Origin: an uncultured bacterium
Lineage (GTDB): Bacteria > Abyssobacteria > SURF-5
Direction of reading: 5' to 3'
Assembly: GCA_964607485.1 (NCBI GenBank)
Contig: CAZSKP010000019.1
Span: 37,609 to 82,660 of the forward strand
Length of the DNA: 45,052 nt
Shown here: in pieces, positions 1-9,509 of the stretch
Numbering within the stretch: position 1 is the first letter of the stretch
Layout: each line of letters opens with the position of its first letter
Translations under genes and position numbers: made by a program
The notes under the pieces: model-generated
The model's input: the letters and a program-made list of their open reading frames with translations, nothing else
Told to the model about the DNA's origin: nothing
Database searches by the model: none

Positions 1-2
1 AC

Positions 3-2246
3 CCCGGCCACGGCGGTGCGTTCTCGGGGGCGGTCGGACCCAACAACCTCCGCGAGGCCGACGTCAACCTCGGCGTGGGCCTGTACCTGTGGGGGATGCT
101 GAAGGAGGCCGGGGCCGAGGCATATCTCACGAGGATGGACGACTCGAACGTCTATAAGGGCGACGACCTCACCTTGAAGAAGGATTTGCAGGCGCGCGCC
201 GAGTTCGCACGAGACCACGAGGCCGACCTGTTCATATCGCTGCATCACAACGCCGACGTTCTGCCCGACGCGAAGAAGAACTCGCTCGAGACATATTTCA
301 AGATGAGCGACCCGGGGCCGTCGTTCGACGTGGCCAGATGTCTTCACAGACAACTGGCGCTCAGCCTCGGACAGACGGACAACGTCATTCTACCCGGCAA
401 TTTCCACGTGTTGCGCGAGAATCCCGCGACGGCGGTGCTCGGCGAGCCGTCCTACATCTCGCACGCCGACAATGCATTCAGGCTTGGACTCGCGCCGATG
501 CAGCGGATAGAGGCGCAGGCCTATCTTCTGGGCATCGCCGAATATTTCTCAAAAGGCGTGCCGAGAATAGAGGACATGGAGCCAAAGCAAATCGTACACG
601 ATAACCCACGGCTCGTTGTGACGGCGCGCGTGGGCATTGACCGCGGCGTGCCTATCGACCCGGAGTCCATCGTGATGCTGCTTGACGACAAGCCCGTCGA
701 GGCGGAATTTGACCGGGAGGCGTCGCAGGTCACGTACCTGCCCGCGAAACGACTCGGCAACGGAAAACACGTCGTCCGACTTTCTCTTCGCAACGTGAAC
801 GGAAACGCGGCCCGTCCGGCCGAGAGCGAAATCGAGATAGCGATGCCGCCAGCGTATGTATTGTTGGAATCAAATTTCCCCACCGTCCGGCCCTCAAGCG
901 CACAATCTATTCGCCTGTCGGCCCGCGTGTTCGACGCCGACCTGTTGCCTGTCGCAGACGGCACGCCTGTCGAGTTCGAGGCGACCAGCGCCAGCCTTTC
1001 CAGAAAAGTCTCACTCACGTCCGACGGAGAGGCGGTGACATATCTCGTTCCCGACAAAGTTGCGGCGCCCGGGGAGATCGCCGTATCCGCAAACGCGTCA
1101 GGGCTGAAGCACAGCCTGACTCTGAAGGTAACGAAAGACGCGCCGGAAATCCTTGTCGCAAACCTGCGCGATACAAACACGAATCTGCCTGTCACCGCAG
1201 CTCTCGCGACGGTTGATGGACGTCCCCTCAGATACAGCGACGACTCGGGCTACTTCGCCGTCGCAGGCGATGTGGTCGGAAACTCATCCGTGACGTTCTC
1301 GCGCCCGGGATACAAACCTATGAGCGTCAGTCTCTCGGGCTCAACGGGCGCCCAATTCGTTAAGCTCGACCCGATTGCGGGCGGCGTTTTGTTTGGTCAG
1401 AAATTCGCGCTGGACCCACAGTTCGGCGGCGAGGAAAAGGGTGCGACGGGCCCCACGGGAGTGCGTGCGTCGGACCTTAACCTGCTCGTGGCGGATTATC
1501 TCGCCCGGTTCCTCCGTGCTTCGGGCGCGAGCGTTGCACTCACACGGGAATCGGACGAAACCGTGAGCGCGCTCAGAAGAGTCGAACTTGCCGAGAAATT
1601 CGGAGCCCAATGGTTCATAACTATCGGTCACGGCGGCGACGCCAGTGGACAGCCAACGGAACTTGGCGACACTGAAGCGAACGGCAATGTCAGTGCGGCA
1701 AGCGTGAGACACTATCCCGTGAGCGAGGAGGGCAAACGGCTTGCGGCATTGATTGCGGGGGCACTCAGAAACGAGGGCATCGCCGACACAGTGACGATCG
1801 AGCCGAGCGCGGTTTTCGTGCTCACGCATACGTCGAGCCCGGCGGTGATGGTGCTGGCGCCGAGTCCCTCGACACCCGACACGGAAGACAGGCTGCGGCA
1901 TCCGAGCGCGGCGCGAAGGGAGGCTTACGCTATTTACTGCGGCATCCTTGAGAACTTCGGCCTGGACGAAACTAACACCGGAGAGATTTCATTAAGGGTA
2001 GTTGACGATGAGGGAAACGCCGTCGAAAATGCAACGCTCATGCTCGACGGCGTCTTCATGCTTGAAACGGACTCGCGTGGCGAGTTCACCTTTTCCCGAT
2101 TGACGCCGGGCAATCACCACATCGAGGTGTACTCAGGAGGTCTCCGCGTCTGGGCCGGACAGATACCCGTGGAGGCGAGCCGGACCGTTTCGGTTGGCAT
2201 CTCGCTTTCCGGCGAAGCGCTTGTTCTCATCCCGGACATCATGTAG
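3..2246 (+). CDS. N-acetylmuramoyl-L-alanine amidase (Amidase_3), two amidase domains plus Ig-like/carboxypeptidase-regulatory-like segments; 5'-truncated by the window
   Basis: The frame is open from the window edge: PGHGG...READVNL...FISLHHNA...LGEPSYISH gives a full Zn-amidase motif set. A second, degenerate amidase domain starts at ALDPQFGG. Confidence 0.85.
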   Translation, partial: PGHGGAFSGAVGPNNLREADVNLGVGLYLWGMLKEAGAEAYLTRMDDSNVYKGDDLTLKKDLQARAEFARDHEADLFISLHHNADVLPDAKKNSLETYFKMSDPGPSFDVARCLHRQLALSLGQTDNVILPGNFHVLRENPATAVLGEPSYISHADNAFRLGLAPMQRIEAQAYLLGIAEYFSKGVPRIEDMEPKQIVHDNPRLVVTARVGIDRGVPIDPESIVMLLDDKPVEAEFDREASQVTYLPAKRLGNGKHVVRLSLRNVNGNAARPAESEIEIAMPPAYVLLESNFPTVRPSSAQSIRLSARVFDADLLPVADGTPVEFEATSASLSRKVSLTSDGEAVTYLVPDKVAAPGEIAVSANASGLKHSLTLKVTKDAPEILVANLRDTNTNLPVTAALATVDGRPLRYSDDSGYFAVAGDVVGNSSVTFSRPGYKPMSVSLSGSTGAQFVKLDPIAGGVLFGQKFALDPQFGGEEKGATGPTGVRASDLNLLVADYLARFLRASGASVALTRESDETVSALRRVELAEKFGAQWFITIGHGGDASGQPTELGDTEANGNVSAASVRHYPVSEEGKRLAALIAGALRNEGIADTVTIEPSAVFVLTHTSSPAVMVLAPSPSTPDTEDRLRHPSAARREAYAIYCGILENFGLDETNTGEISLRVVDDEGNAVENATLMLDGVFMLETDSRGEFTFSRLTPGNHHIEVYSGGLRVWAGQIPVEASRTVSVGISLSGEALVLIPDIM

Positions 2247-3759
2247 CCGCGCCGCCCTGCTCGCGAAGGACGCGCTTGAGAATCTTCCCCGCCGGATTGC
2301 GCGGCAATGCATCCACGAACCTGACCGATTTCGGAATCTTGTATCCGGCGAGCTTGCTCTTGCAGAACAGTTGAATCTCCTCGACGGTCAGGCTTTGTCC
2401 CGGAAGCGGAACGACAACGGCGCAGACACTTTCGCCCCATTTTTCGTCGGGCACCCCGATGACGCCAACCTCCGCCACCTTCGGATGACCTATTATCGCT
2501 TCCTCCACCTCCGCCGGATAGACGTTTTCGCCGCCGGTTATCAGCATGTCCTTCTTTCTGTCGACCACATAGATGTAGCCTTCCTCGTCCAGCTTCGCCA
2601 GGTCACCGGAGTGAAACCAGCTGTCGGTGAACGAGGCCGCTGTCTCCGCCGGCAGGTTCCAGTACCCCTTCGTCACCACCGGCCCGCGCAGCATCAGCTC
2701 GCCTATTTCGTCGAGTTGCGTGTCGTTCCCTTTCTCGTCCCAGACGCGGGCATCGCAGTAAAACATCGGCTTGCCGCACGAGCCGAACTTGCGCTCGAGG
2801 TCTTCGGTGTCGAGCACAATGCCCGTTCCGCTGGTTTCCGTCATTCCGAAGCCCTGCCTGATGAGCACATTGTGGTCAAGATACGCGCGGAGCACGGGAG
2901 CCGGACACGGGGCTCCCCCGACGAAGAGACAATCGAACGAACTCAGGTCGTATTCATTAAAGCCCGAAACCTGTGACATGAAGAGAAGCATCGCCGGCAC
3001 TATGAGCGCAGTGCGGATTTGCTCCTTCTCGATCAATCGAAGTGCGTGCTCGGGATCGAAATAACGCTGTAGCACAGCCGTCTGGCCGCGGAAGATCGTG
3101 GGAAGCGCCTGTGCAGTGAGTCCGGCCACGTGGAACAGCGGCACGCATATGAGCACCGAGCCCTCGGCGGTTCCAACATGCTGTATTACGTTCAGTGATG
3201 CGAAAAGCGCGTTTCCATGCGTAAGGATAGCGCCCTTCGGCCGGCCGGTCGTGCCGGACGTGTACATGACTATCAGAGGGTCGTCGAGGGTGGTGGGCAA
3301 CATTTCGGGGTTGGAGTCCGATGCCTGGGTCAGCAGGTTTTCGTAATCTTCAACCGGCTTCGCAGCCTCCCCGCCGACGCACACATGCTTTTCGACGCCG
3401 ACATTCTGACTCAACGCCTCACAAATGTGAGAGAATTCGTATCCGTAAACCAGCATCCTCGCGCCGCTGTCGTTCAATATGTATTCGAGTTCGGGTGGAG
3501 CAAGCCTGTAGTTCAGCGGCACAAGCACTGCTCCCAGTTTCGCGAGGGCGAGCACGGTTTCTATGTATTCGCTCGAGTTGAACATCAGTGCGGCCACACG
3601 ATCGCCCGCGTTGATGCCCAACCCGCTCAGCGCGTGCGCGAGGCGGTTCACCCGCGAGTTGAGTTCGGCATAAGACAAACGCTTATCGTCCACCACGACG
3701 GCCGCAGCGCGTGGCCTGAGAGATGAATGCTTGCGCAGCCAATCGCCTACGTTAAGCAA
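2239..3759 (-). CDS. Long-chain fatty-acid--CoA ligase / AMP-dependent synthetase (FadD/MenE-like)
   Basis: Motifs YTSGTTGRPKG, GFGMTET, SGDL, DRKKDMLITGGENVYPAEVE, LPRNPAGKILK. TTG start preceded by SD GGAAGGAGG. Confidence 0.9.
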   Translation of the reverse strand: MLNVGDWLRKHSSLRPRAAAVVVDDKRLSYAELNSRVNRLAHALSGLGINAGDRVAALMFNSSEYIETVLALAKLGAVLVPLNYRLAPPELEYILNDSGARMLVYGYEFSHICEALSQNVGVEKHVCVGGEAAKPVEDYENLLTQASDSNPEMLPTTLDDPLIVMYTSGTTGRPKGAILTHGNALFASLNVIQHVGTAEGSVLICVPLFHVAGLTAQALPTIFRGQTAVLQRYFDPEHALRLIEKEQIRTALIVPAMLLFMSQVSGFNEYDLSSFDCLFVGGAPCPAPVLRAYLDHNVLIRQGFGMTETSGTGIVLDTEDLERKFGSCGKPMFYCDARVWDEKGNDTQLDEIGELMLRGPVVTKGYWNLPAETAASFTDSWFHSGDLAKLDEEGYIYVVDRKKDMLITGGENVYPAEVEEAIIGHPKVAEVGVIGVPDEKWGESVCAVVVPLPGQSLTVEEIQLFCKSKLAGYKIPKSVRFVDALPRNPAGKILKRVLREQGGAAT

Positions 3760-3812
3760 GACGTTTGCCCTCCTTCCCGTAAGCGGTGTTGCAGGATATG
3801 CTGAATAGTCGG

Positions 3813-3908
3813 CGGGAAGGTGCAGGAATCGAACCTACCCAGGACAGCTCTCGCAGCCCCTAACCTGGATTTGAAGTCCAGTGCGCACACCAGCACGCCT
3901 ACCTTCCC
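3813..3908 (-). tRNA. selC: tRNA-Sec (anticodon UCA)
   Basis: The reverse complement folds with an 8-bp acceptor stem (GGGAAGGT/ACCTTCCC), a 6-bp D-stem with TGGT loop, anticodon arm CTGGA-CTTCAAA-TCCAG, a long variable arm, T-arm GTAGG-TTCGATT-CCTGC and discriminator G. The encoded 3' end is CCG, not CCA. Confidence 0.95.
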
Positions 3909-3910
3909 AT
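3870..3910. repeat. att-like direct repeat, left copy (5' half of selC)
   Basis: TTTGAAGTCCAGTGCGCACACCAGCACGCCTACCTTCCCAT matches 15064-15104 at 39/41 positions. Confidence 0.9.
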
Positions 3911-3946
3911 AAGCCTGTAACAGGTTCTGCCACAATATCTTATGTT

Positions 3947-4273
3947 TCATTGGGCAGGCTCCTGTTTCTCGGAGAATTCTAAAATCGTCCTTGTTCTTGT
4001 CCTTGTCGAGCCGTTGTTTCCGGCCAAAAACGCTTCTTGCTTTTCAGCGGCACGTCTCAGGTCGGCATTGTTCACGATGTCACATCTTTGGAGCACGGAC
4101 GCCGTCCGATGCCCGGTTATCTGCATCGCTATTCTCACAGGAACGCCGGAGCGTGTCAAGTTTCTCACACATGTCCGTATCAGGTCGTGGAACAGCTTAC
4201 CTTGAAGCCCTGCCGCTTTGCAAGCCTTATCCCATGCGTGTTCGAAGTCTGCCATAAGACATGCAAAGGGCAT
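3947..4273 (-). pseudogene. Tyrosine integrase, C-terminal remnant (inactive)
   Basis: WDKACKAAGLQGKLFHDLIRTCVRNLTRSGVPVRIAMQITGHRTASVLQRC. The HxxR Arg is replaced by Ile and the catalytic Tyr (RY) by Cys; the N-terminal part is missing. Confidence 0.85.
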
Positions 4274-4590
4274 TACTCATATTTCTTAGAACAAAGAAGG
4301 AGGCATACCAACATGAGCTACAAGCTTCTTGTAGAAAATTGGATTCCTATTCTATGAACCGACGGCAAGACAATCCGCCAGGCGACGCGGGCACAGGCTC
4401 CAGCCACGTATTTACCTCGGGTTGGTTTTCAAGACTAGACAATAATAGAGAATGCTTTAACCTTTTCGGTGAGGGGAAAAGATTCTGTTAATATCACAAG
4501 TCCGGCACCCGCAAGGACAAGAAGCTTTCCGCTGTCCTGCCACCGATAACCGTACCACCCTTCATGTTAGTCCCAAAGCCGTAAGACTCG

Positions 4591-4645
4591 TAGCTGCTCC
4601 CCTATGGGGAGGCCAGGGTACCCTAGCCTCCCTATCAAGCAGCTA
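4591..4645 (-). terminator. Long imperfect hairpin just downstream of the GT-C gene (terminator or REP-like)
   Basis: Outer arms TAGCTGCT/AGCAGCTA; inner arms GGGAGGC/GCCTCCC around palindromic AGGGTACCCT. No clear U-tract. Confidence 0.4.
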
Positions 4646-4657
4646 TGGAAATGGTTT

Positions 4658-6361
4658 TCAGTCTGACTTAATAACTGGTACCGTCGGCGGGGCAGGCCGT
4701 TGCTTCGGCTCAACCACGTAGATTCTTCCCTCACTCGACGAAAAATACAATTGAGCGGGCAGCTCTGCCTTGAGCTTTTCCTCCGGCAAAATAAACGGAA
4801 GGGTTAAGTGCGAATCGAAATAGACGAATATTGCGCCCTTTGTTCTCACATTCTTGGCAAGGTACAACCTGGCAGAATAGTACTCAGTCTTGTGCACATA
4901 ATAATGTGGTCTTAGGGGAAGCCAGTTGGCCCATCTGCCGACCTGTGTGCTGACGGCTTGTTGCGCGTTTGTGTATATCGGCATATCCGAGGGGAATTCT
5001 TTGATTTTTTCCATAATCCTTGGATAATGGTATTCCTCCTTATTTTGACCGATCCCCTCGGAGTGACTCTTGATTACATACTTCGAGGCATAAAAGACAT
5101 ACACACTTGAAAAAGCCATGGCGAAAACCACACACGCAAACTTGACCTTGCGAAATCTGTCCTTGAAGCAAAATAGCTCTTGAGCAGTCAGCAATACAAG
5201 GATAACCGCCGCCACAAATAAAGGTGATAGGTGGCGAACGTTCAGGGTCAGTCTTTGAGCCACGGAGCCTTTTGTTAGCCCGTAAAGCAACGGATAACAA
5301 TAAAGGAAAACAGCCAATACAAGAGCGATTCTGGGGGGATATCGCCCAATGGAGTCCTTCCCGCCAAGCCTGACCGTTCGTTTCTGAATCAGGACTCTTA
5401 TAATGACAAATATTGTGATTGTCGTGAGTACGCAGAGAACTGCAATACCCACGGCGGCTGAATCTTTTGCCGGCCAGCCCCATTTCGAAATAGTCAACAG
5501 GCCATTATACAGAAAACGAGAAGTGATTGGGCGGAATCCACGGTCAAATCCTCCGGCCGTTTTCATACCTCTTTGCTGAAGCCATGCGACCCAAAAAATC
5601 GTCGGCAAACTGCTGAGTATGACAAAGATGGCGGAATCCCGAAGCCTATTCCGGAAAGTCTTTTCCCATTGGCAAAAGATACCCGCCAGTCCCGCGACAA
5701 TCAGCGTTGCACCAGTGTAACGGATGAGAAACGCGAGCGCAGTCGCTGCCCCCGAAAAGACCAGGAACCATTTCTTTTGATTATTGAGATATTCGCTCAG
5801 CAAATAGAATCCCAAGAAACCAAAAAAGACAAATGGCGCTTCGGTCCGCGCGTAGGAATGTATGTGCAGCATGCTTGTTGAACTCAGGATCAGAAAAGAG
5901 CCAAATAGGGGCGTCCAAAAGGATGCAGGAGCGGCCTTTCTTATTATTTGTCCTACGAGCAGGATAGTGGCGCCAAACAGGAGGGCATTGAGCCATCTGG
6001 CGCCCACAAAGAGGTCTATTCCAAAGCTCCCAATTATAAAAAGCAGCGATGGATAGCCGGCAGCGATTCTGCTATCGCTAATCGGATTGTCAAGATCTCC
6101 ATATCTGAATCCGTTGCCACCAAGCAGATTCCAAGCGGTGCCTACGTACTCAATTGCGTCGGTGTCAGTGCCGATACCCCACCTCGTACAGAAGAGAATA
6201 GTTAATACCCCGGCAAGGGACAGCACAATGAGGAGGACTAGCAAATAATCATTTCGCGTCATCCGGCTGATTCGTCTCTCGATCCACGGCAAGCCCAGGC
6301 ACGGCGACGGAAGATGAAATATCGACCCTTTGTTTCCTGATTTCCTCTTTTCCGTTTCCAT
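4658..6361 (-). CDS. Polytopic membrane GT-C glycosyltransferase (ArnT/PMT-like)
   Basis: Many hydrophobic helices, acidic first loop DTDAIEY, GYPSLL, ARTEAPF and LIRYTG motifs typical of lipid-linked-sugar transferases. Confidence 0.7.
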   Translation of the reverse strand: METEKRKSGNKGSIFHLPSPCLGLPWIERRISRMTRNDYLLVLLIVLSLAGVLTILFCTRWGIGTDTDAIEYVGTAWNLLGGNGFRYGDLDNPISDSRIAAGYPSLLFIIGSFGIDLFVGARWLNALLFGATILLVGQIIRKAAPASFWTPLFGSFLILSSTSMLHIHSYARTEAPFVFFGFLGFYLLSEYLNNQKKWFLVFSGAATALAFLIRYTGATLIVAGLAGIFCQWEKTFRNRLRDSAIFVILSSLPTIFWVAWLQQRGMKTAGGFDRGFRPITSRFLYNGLLTISKWGWPAKDSAAVGIAVLCVLTTITIFVIIRVLIQKRTVRLGGKDSIGRYPPRIALVLAVFLYCYPLLYGLTKGSVAQRLTLNVRHLSPLFVAAVILVLLTAQELFCFKDRFRKVKFACVVFAMAFSSVYVFYASKYVIKSHSEGIGQNKEEYHYPRIMEKIKEFPSDMPIYTNAQQAVSTQVGRWANWLPLRPHYYVHKTEYYSARLYLAKNVRTKGAIFVYFDSHLTLPFILPEEKLKAELPAQLYFSSSEGRIYVVEPKQRPAPPTVPVIKSD

Positions 6362-6822
6362 GACTGCAGATTCGAATGTGTAAGGGCGGCTCGCGGGTTA
6401 TCCCTCCGGCGTCGTCCTAATTCCCAGTTGATTTTCAAGGCGACTAATCGCGGAAGTCGTTCTCCGGGACCCAATATGTGACAGCTGTTTGCGGCGTCAT
6501 ACCGTCGCGCGCAACTTTACAGTAGAGTTTCGCAAGAACCGCGAGGGCGCGGGCTCCGAAATAACCGATACGAGAACCGCGCTGTTTTGCTTCATGTTCT
6601 GGCCGGGCAAACACGACATGAAAAGTAGCAGAGATCGGGGAGATTGTCAAGGAGAAACACTACAAATTGGGGACACCGGGGAGATGCTTTATGATAGCCG
6701 TAAATGTGCTTAGGACAGGGGGGGCGCATTGACTGAGTCCTGGAGATGAATTGCCGACTTGACTGCTACAAAGTTTGCCGAAATCCCGTGTCTTAGGAAA
6801 GTGGGCCTCCACCAAGAAATCT

Positions 6823-6851
6823 TTGACAGGATTAGGGGAGTTGTTTAGAAT
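6823..6851 (+). promoter_or_regulatory. sigma70-type promoter for the sqdB cluster
   Basis: TTGACA-17 nt-TAGAAT. Confidence 0.65.
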
Positions 6852-7013
6852 ATTACAATGGAAATCTTACCTACCGAAACGAGATATGACAAACCTTGGC
6901 CTGAACCGTAACTTCGGAGTTGTTGCTGGCCGGTTGTGATAACAATACGCGGCTTTTCAACAAAGAGTCATATCCGAGTTGTCTAAGGGAAATTCTAAGA
7001 TCGGAGTTTCACA

Positions 7014-8201
7014 ATGAAGGTCCTTATCACCGGGGTTGATGGATATTTGGGTTGGGCGCTATCGATTTATCTCGCCGCGCACGGTCACGAGGTCGCGGGC
7101 ATCGATAACTATATGCGTCGCGCGTGGGTGGGCGAAATGGGGTCCCAGTCCGCCATACCGATTGCAAGGATGGACGAGAGACTGCTGGCCTACAGGCGAT
7201 GCCTGGGCCAGAATTTGCGCTTTTATAAAGGTGACCTGACAGACTACGACTTCGTGCTGAACGCATACAAATCCTTCCGACCCGAGGCGGTGGTGTATCT
7301 CGGGGAGATGCCATCCGCCCCCTACAGCATGGTAGACGTGCGTCACGCCGTTTTCACCCAGACGAACAACATCATGGGAACCCTCATTACCCTTTACGCC
7401 ATGCGCGAGGCCGTGCCGGACTGCCACCTGGTCAAGCTGGGCACGATGGGCGAATATGGCACACCGAACGTGGACATCCCGGAAGGATTCTTTGAGATTG
7501 AGTACCGCGGACGCAAGGACCGCCTGATGTTTCCCAGGCGAGCCGGCAGCTGGTATCATCAGTCCAAGGTGCACGACTCGAACAACGTCGAGATGGCATG
7601 CCGCTTCTGGGGGTTGCGGTCGACCGACATCATGCAGGGCGTCGTCTATGGAACCTACATAGACGAAATGGGCGATGACAGCAGGCTGAGAACCCGGTTT
7701 GACTTCGACCAGAGCTTCGGCACCGCGATTAACCGATTCTGTGCGCAGGCGGTGATAAGCCTGCCCATCACCCCCTATGGCAAGGGACACCAGAAGCGCG
7801 GATTCATTCCTCTCAGGGACTCAATGCAGTGCTTGAGACTCGCCGCGGAGAATCCGCCGGAGGCGGGCGAATACAGAGTGTTTAACCAATTCGAGGAGGT
7901 CTACGACGTCACTCAGCTTGCCGAGCGCGTCCAGCGCGTCGGCAACAGGATGGGTCTGGATGTCGAAATCATGCCGCTTGAAAATCCGAGAATTGAGGAA
8001 GAAGAACACTACTACAATCCTGACCACCAGCACCTCCTCGACCTTGGTTACAAGCCCACGCACGACATGGAAAAAGAATTGGAGATAGTGTTCAAAGACC
8101 TCATCCCCCACAAGGAACGCATCGAATCGCGCAAGGAGGCCCAATTCCCCGATATCCGCTGGGACGGAACACGAGAAAAGGTCTCAATTCTGATGATATA
8201 A
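7014..8201 (+). CDS. sqdB: UDP-sulfoquinovose synthase family (SqdB/SQD1/Agl3)
   Basis: GVDGYLGW, SAPYSM, HLVKLGTMGEYGTPNVDIPEG, YHQSKVHDS, TDIMQGVVYG, FGTAINRFCAQAV and NPRIEEEEHYYNP are family signatures. Confidence 0.88.
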   Translation: MKVLITGVDGYLGWALSIYLAAHGHEVAGIDNYMRRAWVGEMGSQSAIPIARMDERLLAYRRCLGQNLRFYKGDLTDYDFVLNAYKSFRPEAVVYLGEMPSAPYSMVDVRHAVFTQTNNIMGTLITLYAMREAVPDCHLVKLGTMGEYGTPNVDIPEGFFEIEYRGRKDRLMFPRRAGSWYHQSKVHDSNNVEMACRFWGLRSTDIMQGVVYGTYIDEMGDDSRLRTRFDFDQSFGTAINRFCAQAVISLPITPYGKGHQKRGFIPLRDSMQCLRLAAENPPEAGEYRVFNQFEEVYDVTQLAERVQRVGNRMGLDVEIMPLENPRIEEEEHYYNPDHQHLLDLGYKPTHDMEKELEIVFKDLIPHKERIESRKEAQFPDIRWDGTREKVSILMI

Positions 8202-8387
8202 TCACTCTTGTCCAAAAAGGTCGTTTCTGAGTTATTTTGGACAGCAGTCTGATATAATATGAGTTGGCATAGACATCCATTATTCGTCTTCTGAGTGTAT
8301 CGGCGCATCAGACCTTGGCATCGCGAATGACCGTCGGCCAGGCAGCGATGACCAAGATAGGCTCATGCCTGCCCGGAGACTTTGCAC

Positions 8388-9434
8388 ATGGGTCCTCTTC
8401 GAATAATAGGCTGTATATTCGGGATTGTGATTTTCCTATTTGGCTTCACTCGCTTTCGCAAGCGTAGCCTGCGTCGACTTGACTTCCTGTTCTCATCGTT
8501 TATAGCCTTTGTGCTGGTAATCGTATCTGCCGCTCCTGACCTCGCTTACATTCTCCTCGAAATGTTTGCCTTCGAGCGTGTCCAATTTGGGCGACTCATT
8601 GCCTTAGCGATAGTTTCCAATTTCCTGCTCTGGTTTGTGGTCATCTATCTGAGGTCAAAGATAAACCAGCAGAGCAACCAGTTTGACGGCGTTGTGCGAG
8701 CCCTCGGCCTGGAGGAGTTTGAGAGCCTGTACGCTGACCGTGCAGTAGTTAAGCCGATTACCGTAATAATTCCTGCACTAAATGAGAAGACAAACCTGCA
8801 AAAATTGTTGCCTTTGATACCGGAGACCATAATTGGCAAGGAAGTGGGTACGCTAATAATCGACGATGGGAGCACAGACGGGACGACCGAGGCTCTAAGG
8901 GCTGAAAGCCATGTTGTCGTGCGAAACAAAACAAATCGGGGCGGTGGTGCAGCTATCAAGCTTGGACGTGACATTGCGCTTAAATACGGAGCTGAAATTA
9001 TCGTCACAATGGATGCTGACGGTCAGCATCGTCCGGAGGAGCTTGCTTCATTGGCGGAGCCTCTGCTATCTCGAGAGGCCGATTTCGTCATCGGCTCCCG
9101 TATCTTGGGACGGAGGGAAAAGGACAGCCTCTTCAGGTATATAGGAGTTATAATTTTCAGTCAGTTGATCAATATCCTATGTGATCTGCACGTTACTGAT
9201 TGCTCAAGCGGATATAGAGGGTTCACGGCCGAAGCGCTCAGGACGTTGGACTTGCGGCAGGATCAGTTTCACACATCCGAATACATAATCGATGCCGCGA
9301 AAAAGGGGCTGCGCATAAAAGAAGTTCCGGTCACGATTCTCAGGCGCACCCATGGTGAAAGCAAGAAGGGCAAGAACTGGAAGTATGGACTCAACTTTGT
9401 CCGAACCATAACAAAGACTTGGTGGCGAGCTTGA
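8388..9434 (+). CDS. GT2 polyprenol-phosphate glycosyltransferase (DPM1-like) with N-terminal membrane (DUF2304-like) domain
   Basis: About three N-terminal TM helices, then IIPALNE, IDDGSTD, NRGGGAA, MDADGQH, VIGSR, TDCSSGYR. ATG 8388 follows GGAG (the ORF track starts at TTG 8382). Confidence 0.85.
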   Translation: MGPLRIIGCIFGIVIFLFGFTRFRKRSLRRLDFLFSSFIAFVLVIVSAAPDLAYILLEMFAFERVQFGRLIALAIVSNFLLWFVVIYLRSKINQQSNQFDGVVRALGLEEFESLYADRAVVKPITVIIPALNEKTNLQKLLPLIPETIIGKEVGTLIIDDGSTDGTTEALRAESHVVVRNKTNRGGGAAIKLGRDIALKYGAEIIVTMDADGQHRPEELASLAEPLLSREADFVIGSRILGRREKDSLFRYIGVIIFSQLINILCDLHVTDCSSGYRGFTAEALRTLDLRQDQFHTSEYIIDAAKKGLRIKEVPVTILRRTHGESKKGKNWKYGLNFVRTITKTWWRA

Positions 9435-9509
9435 GAAGTCCGTTATGCGGTTACCAACTATGGCTTGCATTATATAAGGAAATATCCAGAACGCAGGGAT
9501 AGAATAGCG

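Noticed and set aside
2194-2976. Long alternative-frame and antisense ORFs here and elsewhere (e.g. 17110-18231, 25140-26189, 26578-27750, 33180-33989, 43239-44123)
   Set aside because: They overlap well-supported genes, have no recognisable motifs, and are expected shadows in GC-rich coding DNA.
3810-3812. tRNA-Sec ends in CCG rather than CCA, suggesting a pseudo-tRNA
   Set aside because: All stems are intact and many bacteria add CCA after transcription.
4261-4491. Short ORFs beside the integrase remnant as a possible excisionase
   Set aside because: No HTH or Xis-like pattern and no clear ribosome-binding site.
6444-6650. 68-aa minus-strand ORF upstream of the GT-C gene as a possible gene remnant
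   Set aside because: No family motif that I can support.
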